Virus record (IMG/VR): IMGVR_UViG_3300017642_000089
DNA: 20,000 bases
From: an uncultured virus (IMG/VR IMGVR_UViG_3300017642_000089)
Taxonomy: Duplodnaviria > Heunggongvirae > Uroviricota > Caudoviricetes
Direction: 5' to 3' (one strand)
Shown: positions 7,492 through 16,038 of the stretch, piece by piece
Layout: every line of letters begins with the position of its first letter
Numbering within the stretch: position 1 is the first letter of the stretch
Notes under the pieces: model-generated
Seen by the model: the letters and a program-made list of their open reading frames with translations, nothing else
Database searches by the model: none
Told to the model about the DNA's origin: nothing
Translations under genes and position numbers: made by a program

Positions 7492-8905
7492 CCCCAACAT
7501 CAGTTTCGACACCTTGCCGGCCAGCATCCGCAAGCCCGGCAAGTATTTCGAGTTCAACACCAAGCTTGCCGTGCGCACGTTGCCGGCCAACATCCAGAAG
7601 CTGCTGATCGTGGCCCAGCGCACGGCCGCCGGCAGCCAGGCGCCGCTTGCCGTGGTGAATGTCTACAGCGACGCCGAGGCGGCGGAACTGTTCGGCGTGG
7701 GCAGCCAGGCGCACCTCATGTGCCGGGCGGCGATTACTGCCAACGCCTACCTGCATCTGTCGGTCATCGCCATGGACGACGCCGAGGCAGGCATCGCGGC
7801 CACGGGCACCATGACCGTGACCGGCCCGTCGGCCGGCATCGGCGTGGTGGAGGCGCAAGTGGCGGGCCAGACCGTGCAGATCGCCGTGTCCCTGGGCGAC
7901 ACGGCGGCGGCCATCGCGGCCGAACTGGCCGACAAGATCAACGGTTCTCCCTCGCTGCCGGTGACGGCGACATCCGCCGCCGGCGTGGTGACGCTGACTT
8001 CCCGCAACAAGGGCGCTGCCGGCAACGGCATCCCGATTGCCGCCACGGCGGCAACGGACGGGGTGGCCGTCGCGGTCACGGCCATGACCGGCGGCGCCGT
8101 GGACCCGGACATCACGGCCGCCCTGGCTGCGGTTTTCGCCGACGGGCATCACATCATCTGCACGCCCTATGCCGACCAGACGTCGCTTACCGTCCTGCGC
8201 CGGCACCTGGACGCCGTGAGCCATGCCCTGGAGCAGCGCGGGGCCGTGGGCGTGGCGGCCACGACCGGCAGCCTCGCGTCGGCCACCACCTTGGCCGGGC
8301 TCATTAATTCCGGCCGCATCACCCTGGCCGTGGCACCGGGCAGCGTAAGCCTCCCCTGCGAGGTGGCGGCCGCCTACGCCGCCGTCATCGCCTCGGAAGA
8401 GGACCCGGCCCGGCCGCTCAACACCCTGGCCCTGACCGGCATCGACCCTCCGCCCTATGCCAAACGGCTCGGCCGCATGGAGCAGGAAACGGCGCTGTGG
8501 AACGGCGTCACGCCCCTGGAGGTCGGTCCCGGCGAGGTGGTGCAGATAGTGCGCTCCATCACCACCTACACCCGCGACGCCCAGGGCGTGGACGACATCG
8601 CGCTTTTGGACCTGACCACCATCCGCACCCTGGACTACGTGCGCAAGGCCTGCCGCGAGCGCATCGCACTTCGGTTCCCGCGCGAAAAGCTTTCCAGCCG
8701 CACGCCGCCCAAGGTCCGAAGCGAGCTGATCGACGTGCTCAATAAACTTGAGGAGCTGGAGATCGTGGAAGAGGTCAAGGCCAACCTGCCCGGACTCATC
8801 TGCGAACGCGACAGCCAGGACCCCAACCGGCTCGACGCCAAAATTCCCTGCGACGTGGTCAACGGCCTGCACATCTTCGCCGGCCGCATCGACCTGCTGC
8901 TGTAA
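7484..8905 (+). CDS. L: Contractile tail sheath protein (Mu gpL), 473 aa
   Basis: ISFDTLPASIRKPGKYFEFN, LFGVGS, DPARPLNTLAL, NGVTPL and DVVNGLHIFAGRIDL motifs. Confidence 0.96.
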   Translation: MASPNISFDTLPASIRKPGKYFEFNTKLAVRTLPANIQKLLIVAQRTAAGSQAPLAVVNVYSDAEAAELFGVGSQAHLMCRAAITANAYLHLSVIAMDDAEAGIAATGTMTVTGPSAGIGVVEAQVAGQTVQIAVSLGDTAAAIAAELADKINGSPSLPVTATSAAGVVTLTSRNKGAAGNGIPIAATAATDGVAVAVTAMTGGAVDPDITAALAAVFADGHHIICTPYADQTSLTVLRRHLDAVSHALEQRGAVGVAATTGSLASATTLAGLINSGRITLAVAPGSVSLPCEVAAAYAAVIASEEDPARPLNTLALTGIDPPPYAKRLGRMEQETALWNGVTPLEVGPGEVVQIVRSITTYTRDAQGVDDIALLDLTTIRTLDYVRKACRERIALRFPREKLSSRTPPKVRSELIDVLNKLEELEIVEEVKANLPGLICERDSQDPNRLDAKIPCDVVNGLHIFAGRIDLLL

Positions 8906-8917
8906 GGAGGCAACCCC

Positions 8918-9292
8918 ATGGCACTGAAAGAGTATGTCGGCGCGGTGGTCCTGGAGGTGGACGGCCGCGAATACGAGGTCATCGACCTCTCCGTGGACCA
9001 TCAGACCGGCCGCAAGGTGGTCAAGACCATGAACCGCACCGGCCGGGCCTTGGGCTTCCACCAGGGCGTGGCCACCTATGAGCTGTCCGTCACCGCCGCC
9101 ATCCCCAAGGATGACCCCCTGGCCTGGGAGGACGTGGAAGGGGCCAAGATCACCATCTATCCCCTGGGCGACGTGACGTCGCGCGAATCCTACCTGGACT
9201 GCGCCGTCATCTCCGCCGGCACCAAGTACAGCGTGGACAACGAGGCCCGCATCGACCTCAAGATTCTGGCCCTGGACCACGTACGGGAGTAG
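8918..9292 (+). CDS. M: Tail tube protein, 124 aa
   Basis: AGGAGG SD; directly follows the sheath gene; EYVGAVVLEVDG...RKVVKTMNRTG. Confidence 0.85.
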   Translation: MALKEYVGAVVLEVDGREYEVIDLSVDHQTGRKVVKTMNRTGRALGFHQGVATYELSVTAAIPKDDPLAWEDVEGAKITIYPLGDVTSRESYLDCAVISAGTKYSVDNEARIDLKILALDHVRE

Positions 9293-9295
9293 CCC

Positions 9296-9628
9296 ATGAC
9301 AACCATTACCGGTTCCCTGACCTACGGCTACTGTGACGACGCCGGCACGGTGCACGCCGATTTCGAGATGCGCGTGCCGACGCTCTCCGATTTGGAAGCC
9401 GCCATCGAACAGGCGCCGCCGAACGCCAGCCCGGCCCGGTTGTCGCGCTACGTCTGGGCGCGCACCGTCATCCGCCTGGGCACGCTGCCGGCCGAGGCCA
9501 TCACCCCGGAACTGTTGGGCGGTCTGCCCTATACCGAATACAGCGTCCTGGAAGCCGCCGAGAAGGCGCTTCTGGGAAAACTCGTGCCCGCGAGCGCCGG
9601 CTCCGCGACTTCCGGCTCCTCGAAGTAG
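9296..9628 (+). CDS. Tail assembly chaperone (gp41/lambda G analogue), 110 aa
   Basis: Lies between tube and tape measure; has an in-frame G GGA AAA slippery heptamer near its 3' end. Confidence 0.85.
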   Translation: MTTITGSLTYGYCDDAGTVHADFEMRVPTLSDLEAAIEQAPPNASPARLSRYVWARTVIRLGTLPAEAITPELLGGLPYTEYSVLEAAEKALLGKLVPASAGSATSGSSK

Positions 9629-9768
9629 CGCTGGCGGGCAGGAATCTGACGCTTGCCGACGTACGTGCCATGACCATGCCGCAAATCGAGACGTACATCA
9701 GTCTGCTTTCAGGCAAGGGACAAACTCCCGGCCGGCACGTCGTGCCCGCCCGGCGCGGAGGCCGCTAG
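9296..9768 (+). CDS. Extended tail chaperone (G-T type) by -1 programmed frameshift at 9574-9580, about 157 aa
   Basis: X XXY YYZ heptamer G GGA AAA is in the correct frame. The -1 frame is open for 62 codons (TRARERRLRDFRLLEVALAGRNLTLADVRAMTMPQIETYISLL...) to TAG 9766-68, which abuts the tape measure ATG. Confidence 0.8.
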
Positions 9769-11886
9769 ATGGGCAAGGATACCGTGGTCCAGGTCATCCT
9801 GCGCCTGCGCGACGAGATGGGCGGCCAGGCCAAAAAGTCCCTGGACGCCGTGGGCCAGGGCGCCAAGGGCGTGGCCCGGGGCGCGGCCACGGCCGGTCAG
9901 GCCGCCGACCGGCTCGCCGCCTCCGCCCGCGACGCCACGGGCCAGTTGCAAGGCGTCGGCCGGGCCGCCGGAGCCGTCCGGGGCGACGGCATCACCAGCG
10001 CCGCCCAGGCCGCCGGCCGGCTCGGACGGGAGGCCAAGACCTCCTCCCGGGAACTGGACGGGGCGGCCCGGGCCGGTGGTCATCTGGCCGGCGCCCTGGC
10101 CAAGGTCGGCAGCGCGGGCAAGGTCGCCTGGGCCACGATACGCGGCATGTCCAAGGCCGTGATGGGCGCGGCGTCCGGGGCCGCCGCCGGCGCTGCCGTG
10201 GCCGGCGCGGCGCTTCGTAAGCCCATTGATTTCGAGAAGCGCATGACGCTTATGGCCAATACGGCCTACGCGGACGAAAAGGACCCGGGCAAACGTCTGG
10301 CCGGACGCGGCGCGCTGGTCACGTCGGTCAACGCCGCCGTGCGCCAGGGCGGCGGCACGCGCGACGAGGCGGCCGGAGCCCTGGACGCGATGCTTTCCTC
10401 GGGCGCCATCCAGGCGGATACGGCCCAAAAGCTGCTGCCCACCATCCAGAAGTTCGCCACGGCCTCGGGCTCCGGCTCCGGGGACATCGCGGAGATCCTC
10501 ATCCGGGGCATCCAGCAAAAATTTTTCACCGAAGATCAAGCCGGCGAGGCCCTGGACAAGGCGCTGGCCGCCGGTCAGGCGGGCGGCTTCGAGCTCAAGG
10601 ACATGGCCAAGTGGCTGCCCAAGATGCTGGCCATGGGCAGCGGCATGAAGGGCATGGCCGGATATGAGCAGATTCTGGCCTATGCCCAGGCAGCGGCCAC
10701 CACGGCCGGCAGCAAGGACGAGGCCGGCAACAACCTGGTCAACCTGCTGCAAAAGCTGAACTCCCAGGACACGCAAAAGGATTTCGCCAGACTCGGCATC
10801 GACCTGACCGGCACTCTGGTCAAGGCCCGGGAAAAGGGCATGTTGCCCCTGGAAGCCTTCGCCAAGCTCATCGAGAAGCACGTGGCCGGCAAGGACCCGC
10901 GTTACAAGAAGCTGCAACAGCGGCTGGGTGCGGCCAAGGACGACGAGAAAAAGCAGATTCTTGGCGATATGACCGACCTGGCGAGTTCCTCGGCCGTGGG
11001 GCAGGTGGTGCAGGACCGGCAGGCCTTGCTGGCGCTGATCGCGGGCATCAACCAGAAGGACTACATCAAGGACGTCCAGGCCCGTATGCATGCGTCCGCC
11101 GGCGAGGGCGACCGCAGCTTCGCCACCTACCAGGGCTCCACGGCGTATTCCGTGGAGCGCGCCGCCAACGAGGCGGAAATCGCCCGTTCGAGCATGCTCG
11201 GCGACGTTTCCGGGCCGCTTAAGGGCGTGGCGGACACGGCGGCGGACCTGGCCCAGCGCTTCCCCGCCCTGGCCACCGTGGCCATGGAGGCCACCACCGC
11301 TATCGGCGCCATGACGGCGGCGGCCGCCGCCTTTGGGGCCATGCGACTTTTCACCGGAGCCGGCAGTGCGGCCGGCGGGCTGGGCCTGCTTAAGGGGGCC
11401 GCCGCAACGGGCAAGGGAGTGTTCGGCATGCTCGGCGGCGCGGGCGGCGCGTTGGCCACGGCCGGCCTGGCCGCCTGGGACATCTACAGCACCGAGCAGG
11501 ACGGCGCCCTTTCCCGCGCCCAGAAAAACGCCCGGCATGTCGAAAATGCCGGCGGACTGGCCGGAGCCATCGCCGGGGCGAAGCTCGGGGCCATGGGCGG
11601 GGCCGCCGTCGGTTCCGTCGTGCCCGGCCTGGGCACGGCCGTCGGCGGCGTTGCGGGAGGTCTGGCCGGCGGCGCCCTGGGCTACTTCGGCGGCGACTGG
11701 CTGGGCAAGCTCGTGGGCAACAAGGTTTTCGGCGGCGGCCCTTCCGAGGACACCAAGCAGGGCGCGCGCGAACTGGTCCAGCCGCGCCAGGAAAACATCA
11801 AAATCGAGTCCGTCCTGCACCTGGACGGCCGCGAGGTGGCCCGGGCGGTCAACGAATACAACAAGACCGACTCGTTGCGGAATTGA
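9769..11886 (+). CDS. Tape measure protein, 705 aa
   Basis: Ala/Gly-rich; AGQAGGFELKDMAKWLP and EAGNNLVNLLQK core; C-terminal glycine-zipper segment and LHLDGREVA; GGAGG SD. Confidence 0.93.
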   Translation: MGKDTVVQVILRLRDEMGGQAKKSLDAVGQGAKGVARGAATAGQAADRLAASARDATGQLQGVGRAAGAVRGDGITSAAQAAGRLGREAKTSSRELDGAARAGGHLAGALAKVGSAGKVAWATIRGMSKAVMGAASGAAAGAAVAGAALRKPIDFEKRMTLMANTAYADEKDPGKRLAGRGALVTSVNAAVRQGGGTRDEAAGALDAMLSSGAIQADTAQKLLPTIQKFATASGSGSGDIAEILIRGIQQKFFTEDQAGEALDKALAAGQAGGFELKDMAKWLPKMLAMGSGMKGMAGYEQILAYAQAAATTAGSKDEAGNNLVNLLQKLNSQDTQKDFARLGIDLTGTLVKAREKGMLPLEAFAKLIEKHVAGKDPRYKKLQQRLGAAKDDEKKQILGDMTDLASSSAVGQVVQDRQALLALIAGINQKDYIKDVQARMHASAGEGDRSFATYQGSTAYSVERAANEAEIARSSMLGDVSGPLKGVADTAADLAQRFPALATVAMEATTAIGAMTAAAAAFGAMRLFTGAGSAAGGLGLLKGAAATGKGVFGMLGGAGGALATAGLAAWDIYSTEQDGALSRAQKNARHVENAGGLAGAIAGAKLGAMGGAAVGSVVPGLGTAVGGVAGGLAGGALGYFGGDWLGKLVGNKVFGGGPSEDTKQGARELVQPRQENIKIESVLHLDGREVARAVNEYNKTDSLRN

Positions 11887-11896
11887 CGGAGGACGC

Positions 11897-13258
11897 ATGG
11901 CCTGGCGGGACGATCTGCTCGATGCCACCTTTCGCGGGGTGTATTTCGCGGTCATTTCGACACGGGACGGGGCGGAACGGGCGCTGGTCCAGCACGAATA
12001 CCCCTACCGCGACGGCACCGAAATGGAGGACATGGGCCGGCGGCCCCGCAAGTTCACCATCCGGGCCGTATTCTGGGGCGACGAGTACGCCGCCTACATG
12101 GACGACCTGATCGGGGCGCTGGACGTTTCCGGCCCCGGCGAGCTGATCCACCCGGTGTTCGGCTCCGTCACCGTGTCAGTGTATTCCTACGAGATCGACC
12201 ACCACGAGGACCATCCCGACTACGCCGAGATCGAGATGGTCATGATCGAGACCGGCCAGGACCAGCCGTTTTTCGCCGCAACCTGCACGGCCCTGGGGCA
12301 GGCCGACGACAGGGCCTGCAACTTGGCCCAGGCCGTGGCCGATACCCGGGACTGGATGCTTTCGGTCTACGCCTCCTGGGTGGATACGATAGCGGCCCTG
12401 CCGTGCGTGCTGGCCGTGGCCGAGGCCGTGTCCGGCGTCAACGCCGTGTTGGCCTTGGCCCGGGACGTGGCCGCGCTCCCGCTCGTCGTGCTCGACGCCG
12501 TGCTGACCGCGCCGCTGGTCGTCTGGACCGAGGCCACGGCCGTGGCCGGGGCCGTGCTGGACACGGCGCTGGCCCTGCCCGAGGCGGCGGTGGGGGCCTT
12601 TTTGCCGTTCGCCCGCTTTGCCGGCGAGCTTGTGGCGCTGCCGCTGACGGTCGCCGGGGAAGTGCTGACCTTTCCCGCGACCGTCGGCAGTTATGCCGGC
12701 GCCATTCTGGGCGGGCCGGTCGCGGACGAGCCGGGACCGCAGCCGGTTTTTACCCTGGCCCCGGCGGTCGATGCCGTAACGCGGCAGGCCCCCGACCTTG
12801 CCACCGTCGCCGGCCAGGCCTGGGCCTACGGCGCCCTGGCCACCAACCTGGCCAGGACCGTGGCAGTGGTGGCCGAGGCCTCCCGGGTGCTTTCGGCCGA
12901 GATCACGGTCCCGAGCCTGACCCCGGCCGAAGTGGAGACCGTCGTTGGCAGCACGCGGGCGCGCATGCAGGCCGCCATCGACGACGCCACGGCCGTGTTG
13001 CCGACGCATGCGTCCTATCCCCTGGCCGAAACCCTGCGCACGGCAGCCTTGGACATCCAGGAACTGGGCCGCGCGGTCATCCACCTCAATCCGCCGCTTC
13101 TTGCCACGGCCGTGTCCAGCCCCTGCAATTTCCACTTGTTGGCGCATCGGCTCTACGGCGACTACACCAGGGCGGCCGAGCTGGCCCGGCTCAATCCCGG
13201 CGTCCGCAACCCCAATTTCCTGGCCAAGGGCCAGACCATCCTGCACTATGCCAAGTGA
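11897..13258 (+). CDS. N: DNA circularisation/tail protein (Mu gpN), 453 aa
   Basis: MAWRDDLLDATFRGVYF, HEYPYRDG, EDMGR, GPGELIHPVFG; C-terminal LAHRLYGDYTRAAELARLNP; GGAGG SD. Confidence 0.93.
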   Translation: MAWRDDLLDATFRGVYFAVISTRDGAERALVQHEYPYRDGTEMEDMGRRPRKFTIRAVFWGDEYAAYMDDLIGALDVSGPGELIHPVFGSVTVSVYSYEIDHHEDHPDYAEIEMVMIETGQDQPFFAATCTALGQADDRACNLAQAVADTRDWMLSVYASWVDTIAALPCVLAVAEAVSGVNAVLALARDVAALPLVVLDAVLTAPLVVWTEATAVAGAVLDTALALPEAAVGAFLPFARFAGELVALPLTVAGEVLTFPATVGSYAGAILGGPVADEPGPQPVFTLAPAVDAVTRQAPDLATVAGQAWAYGALATNLARTVAVVAEASRVLSAEITVPSLTPAEVETVVGSTRARMQAAIDDATAVLPTHASYPLAETLRTAALDIQELGRAVIHLNPPLLATAVSSPCNFHLLAHRLYGDYTRAAELARLNPGVRNPNFLAKGQTILHYAK

Positions 13259-14330
13259 TCCCGAATACATCACGCTACGCCTGGCCGGTCATGAACACCG
13301 GGACTGGACCAGCTACCGCGTCGAATCGGATCTGCTCACCCCGGCCGACGCCTGGCGCGTTTCGCTGGGCATCCCGGCCGGACAGGTGCCGGCCTACGTC
13401 AAACCCTGGGCCGAGGTGGAGCTGCTGCTTGGCGAGGACGTGGTGCTTTCGGGCCGCATCGACCGCATCGAGCGCAGCATCGCCAAGGGCGAGCACGTGC
13501 TGACCCTAAGCGGCCGGGACAACGCGGCCGTGCTGGTGGATTGTTCCGCGCCGATCCGCACCCGGCGCGAGGTGGACCTGGCCGAGGCCGTGGACCTGCT
13601 CGTGAGGCCGCTGGGCCTGACCAAGGTGCGGGTGGATGCCGTCGGCCACAAGAAAAAGGTGGAGGTCGAGCCGGGCATGACGGCCTGGGACGCCCTCAAG
13701 CGGTTGTGCGAGGCCAACGGCTGCTGGGCCTGGTGCGAGCCGGACGGGACGCTGGTGGTGGGCGGCCCGGACTATACGGCCCCGCCCGTGGCCGACTTGC
13801 TGCTGCGCTTTGACGGCCTGGGCAACAACGTCATGAGCCTTTCGGTTACGGACGACGTGTCCGGCCGGCACAGCGAAGTGACGGTGCTGGGCCAGACGCA
13901 CGGCACCGAGACGGCGGCCGGGCAGCACAACCTGGTCGCCGTGGAGCGCGACCCGAACGTGGCCGGCTACCGGCCGCTGATCCTCACCGACGGCGACGTG
14001 GACAGCCAGGCCGAGGCCGTGCGCCGCGCCCGCAAGCAGATTGCCGACAGCACGCTTGAGGGGCTGACCATCGCGGTCAACGTACGCGGCCATCGCGCCG
14101 GCACCGGCGAACCCTGGCGGCCCGGCCAGCGGGTGCGGCTGGTTTCCGAGCCCCACGGCCTGGACGCCATCTATTATCTGATGCACCGGGCCATCCTGGG
14201 CAATCGGCGCAACGGCACCTATACCGAGCTGACCCTCAAGGCGGACGGCGTCTGGCTGCCGGACCAGGTCGCCGCCGCCAAGGGCAAGAAAGGCAAGGCC
14301 AAGCAGGCCTTGCGGGTGGTGGACCTATGA
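13248..14330 (+). CDS. P: Baseplate hub protein (Mu gpP/gp44), 360 aa
   Basis: WTSYRVESDLLTPADAW, LSGRDNAAVLVDCSAP, VEPGMTAWD and WRPGQRV motifs. Confidence 0.93.
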   Translation: MPSDPEYITLRLAGHEHRDWTSYRVESDLLTPADAWRVSLGIPAGQVPAYVKPWAEVELLLGEDVVLSGRIDRIERSIAKGEHVLTLSGRDNAAVLVDCSAPIRTRREVDLAEAVDLLVRPLGLTKVRVDAVGHKKKVEVEPGMTAWDALKRLCEANGCWAWCEPDGTLVVGGPDYTAPPVADLLLRFDGLGNNVMSLSVTDDVSGRHSEVTVLGQTHGTETAAGQHNLVAVERDPNVAGYRPLILTDGDVDSQAEAVRRARKQIADSTLEGLTIAVNVRGHRAGTGEPWRPGQRVRLVSEPHGLDAIYYLMHRAILGNRRNGTYTELTLKADGVWLPDQVAAAKGKKGKAKQALRVVDL

Positions 14331-14965
14331 GCAATCCGCTGTGGGACCGGATCGACGCCCGCATTGCCCGCGCCCTGGCCAGCGTGCGCCAGGGATTCCG
14401 GGCCGTGTTGACGGGCCTGGACACCAAGCCGGGCGTGCAGCTTATGCAGGCCGACGGGCTGTCCGGTGAACAGCTGCAAGCCAGCGAGTTGATGCAGCAT
14501 TTCGGCTTTACCAGCGCGCCGCCGGCCGGCACGCAGTGCATCGTGCTGCCCTTGGGCGGCAAGAGCGCGCACAGCGTCATTGTGGCCACGGAGTGCGGGG
14601 CCTACCGCGTGACGGCGCTTCGAAGCGGCGAAGTGGCCGTCTACAATCAAAGCGGCGCCAAGATTGTCCTGAAGGACCAGCGGATTATCGAGATCGACTG
14701 CAAGGATTTGCGCATTGCGGCCGAGGAGTCGGTGACCATCGACACCAGGACGCTTGTTGCGAGCGCCGCGACGCACATGGAACTGCGCAGTCCCGACCTG
14801 GACCTTGGCGGCGACGGCGGCACTGCCGGCAGCGCCCGCATGCACGGGGATTTATGGATCACCGGCACCAGCCAGGCCGATACCGATCACGTCAGCGGCG
14901 GCGTGAGTCTGGTGCACCACCGCCATCCCGGGGATTCGGGAGGGACGACGGGAGAGGCGGAGTAG
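14327..14965 (+). CDS. Q: Baseplate central spike (Mu gp45/Q), 212 aa
   Basis: QHFGFTSAPP and GEVAVYN motifs; C-terminal SLVHHRHPGDSGGTTG (HxH metal-binding tip). Confidence 0.93.
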   Translation: MSNPLWDRIDARIARALASVRQGFRAVLTGLDTKPGVQLMQADGLSGEQLQASELMQHFGFTSAPPAGTQCIVLPLGGKSAHSVIVATECGAYRVTALRSGEVAVYNQSGAKIVLKDQRIIEIDCKDLRIAAEESVTIDTRTLVASAATHMELRSPDLDLGGDGGTAGSARMHGDLWITGTSQADTDHVSGGVSLVHHRHPGDSGGTTGEAE

Positions 14966-14995
14966 TTGCTTGATCCCCAGCCTATTTCTTCTGGA

Positions 14996-15613
14996 TTAAT
15001 TTTGGGCTCTATAACGCTTCAGTGTAGCCAATAACTCATGGCCTATTTGACGCACAGAAGCTAATTCAATGCCCAAGATTAAGCTGCTATGTCCTGGGGT
15101 CTCATGGAACCATCCCGTTGCTTCTAATTTCTGAAGCTTGTCAAATTTTCCCTCTATGTCTGGATCAATATGAGCTCCTCCGTCCTTGTTCGCTAGGTAT
15201 AGAACTATATCCTTTCTCGAAAATGTGACGTTATCTTGTGGCTTTATTATAGTTTCGTCCCACCAACATGGGAAATTAACAAGTCTGGCATTGTTAAATT
15301 CATCCAATATTGGCATAAATACGGTTTTAACGTTATTTGAACGCTGGTATGTAAGCCCTTCATGGCTCATGAGATTGCTTGGAGAAAATTCAAAAGATGT
15401 ATCGATGAATTCCAGTGAATTTTTTGCATTTAATTGCGTCAGCAAAGAAATCGATTTGTCTGTGTCATGAACAAGGATCCTTGTGGCTACTGCAATTCTT
15501 TTGGCTTCACTTCTATCCCCTTCGTCGAAAAGTTTGCAAGAAGATTTAATGTGTGAAATTTGCTCATCAAGGGCTTCTTTAAGTTCGACTTCAGTTTTTT
15601 TCCTTTTGGTCAT
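14996..15613 (-). CDS. AT-rich antisense moron, 205 aa, with a HEPN-like motif; function unknown, candidate abortive-infection or defence effector
   Basis: AT-rich, opposite strand. AGGAGG SD (complement of 15621-26) lies 7 nt before ATG 15613. Motifs EAKRIAVATRILVHD and SRKDIVLYLANKDGGAHIDP. The ORF is secure; the HEPN call is inference. Confidence 0.8.
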   Translation of the reverse strand: MTKRKKTEVELKEALDEQISHIKSSCKLFDEGDRSEAKRIAVATRILVHDTDKSISLLTQLNAKNSLEFIDTSFEFSPSNLMSHEGLTYQRSNNVKTVFMPILDEFNNARLVNFPCWWDETIIKPQDNVTFSRKDIVLYLANKDGGAHIDPDIEGKFDKLQKLEATGWFHETPGHSSLILGIELASVRQIGHELLATLKRYRAQN

Positions 15614-15624
15614 ACCATATCCTC

Positions 15625-15681
15625 CTCTTCTGAACCCCTTCACCTATCGCCCCGACCCCTTCCGCCACTACCGTGGCGGCC
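15625..15681 (+). promoter_or_regulatory. Putative activator-dependent late promoter, leaderless; copy 2, upstream of gp46
   Basis: Same 26-mer as 3819-3844. CCGCCAC-TACC-GTGGCGG hairpin with TACCGT at 15669-74. ATG 15682 lies at exactly the same offset as in copy 1. Confidence 0.75.
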
Positions 15682-16038
15682 ATGGGCATCGACAGGGGAC
15701 TTGATCCCACCACCGGGGATTACGCACAAGCTAATATAAACCATCTAGGAAATGCCGTCTACGTGCGTTTGATGACGCCGCGCGGCTCCTGGTGGGCCGA
15801 TGCGACGCTGGGCTCGCGGCTCAACGAGTTGCAACGCGAGAAGGACGTGTCCCGCGTGCGCAAGCTGGCCGTGCAGTACAGCGAGCAGGCCCTGGCCCCG
15901 CTCATTGCCGACGGACGCGCCAGAGCCATACGCGTCAGCGCGACACAGCCCCATGACGGCCGCTGCCATTTGCGCATCGAGGTGGACGACGCACTGGGGC
16001 GGACCACCACCTTTCACCATGCCGTGCAGGTGTACTGA
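15682..16038 (+). CDS. V: Baseplate wedge protein (Mu gp46/V), 118 aa
   Basis: NAVYVRLMTPRGSWWADATLGSRLNELQREK and EQALAPLIADGRA motifs. Confidence 0.92.
   Translation: MGIDRGLDPTTGDYAQANINHLGNAVYVRLMTPRGSWWADATLGSRLNELQREKDVSRVRKLAVQYSEQALAPLIADGRARAIRVSATQPHDGRCHLRIEVDDALGRTTTFHHAVQVY
15733..15761 (-). promoter_or_regulatory. Putative sigma70 promoter for the antisense moron, embedded in gp46
   Basis: Minus strand TAGACG (15761-56), 17 nt, TATATT (15738-33), pointing toward ATG 15613. The local gp46 codons are atypically AT-rich. Confidence 0.5.

Noticed and set aside
11540..11720. Glycine-zipper segment as a separate bacteriocin or toxin
   Set aside because: It is in frame within the tape measure protein, where such segments are common.
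5042..13273. Long minus-strand ORFs (5042-6373, 7358-9355, 9709-11955, 12176-13273) and alternative-frame plus ORFs
   Set aside because: These are shadow ORFs typical of high-GC DNA. They overlap well-supported structural genes and have no recognisable motifs.
14966..14995. Bidirectional terminator between Q and the antisense moron
   Set aside because: No convincing stem-loop with a U-tract in the 30-nt gap.
3819..15650. The 26-bp direct repeat as att sites, IS ends or CRISPR repeats
   Set aside because: There are only two copies, both at a fixed distance from start codons. They enclose essential structural genes, and no recombinase, transposase or spacer array is present.
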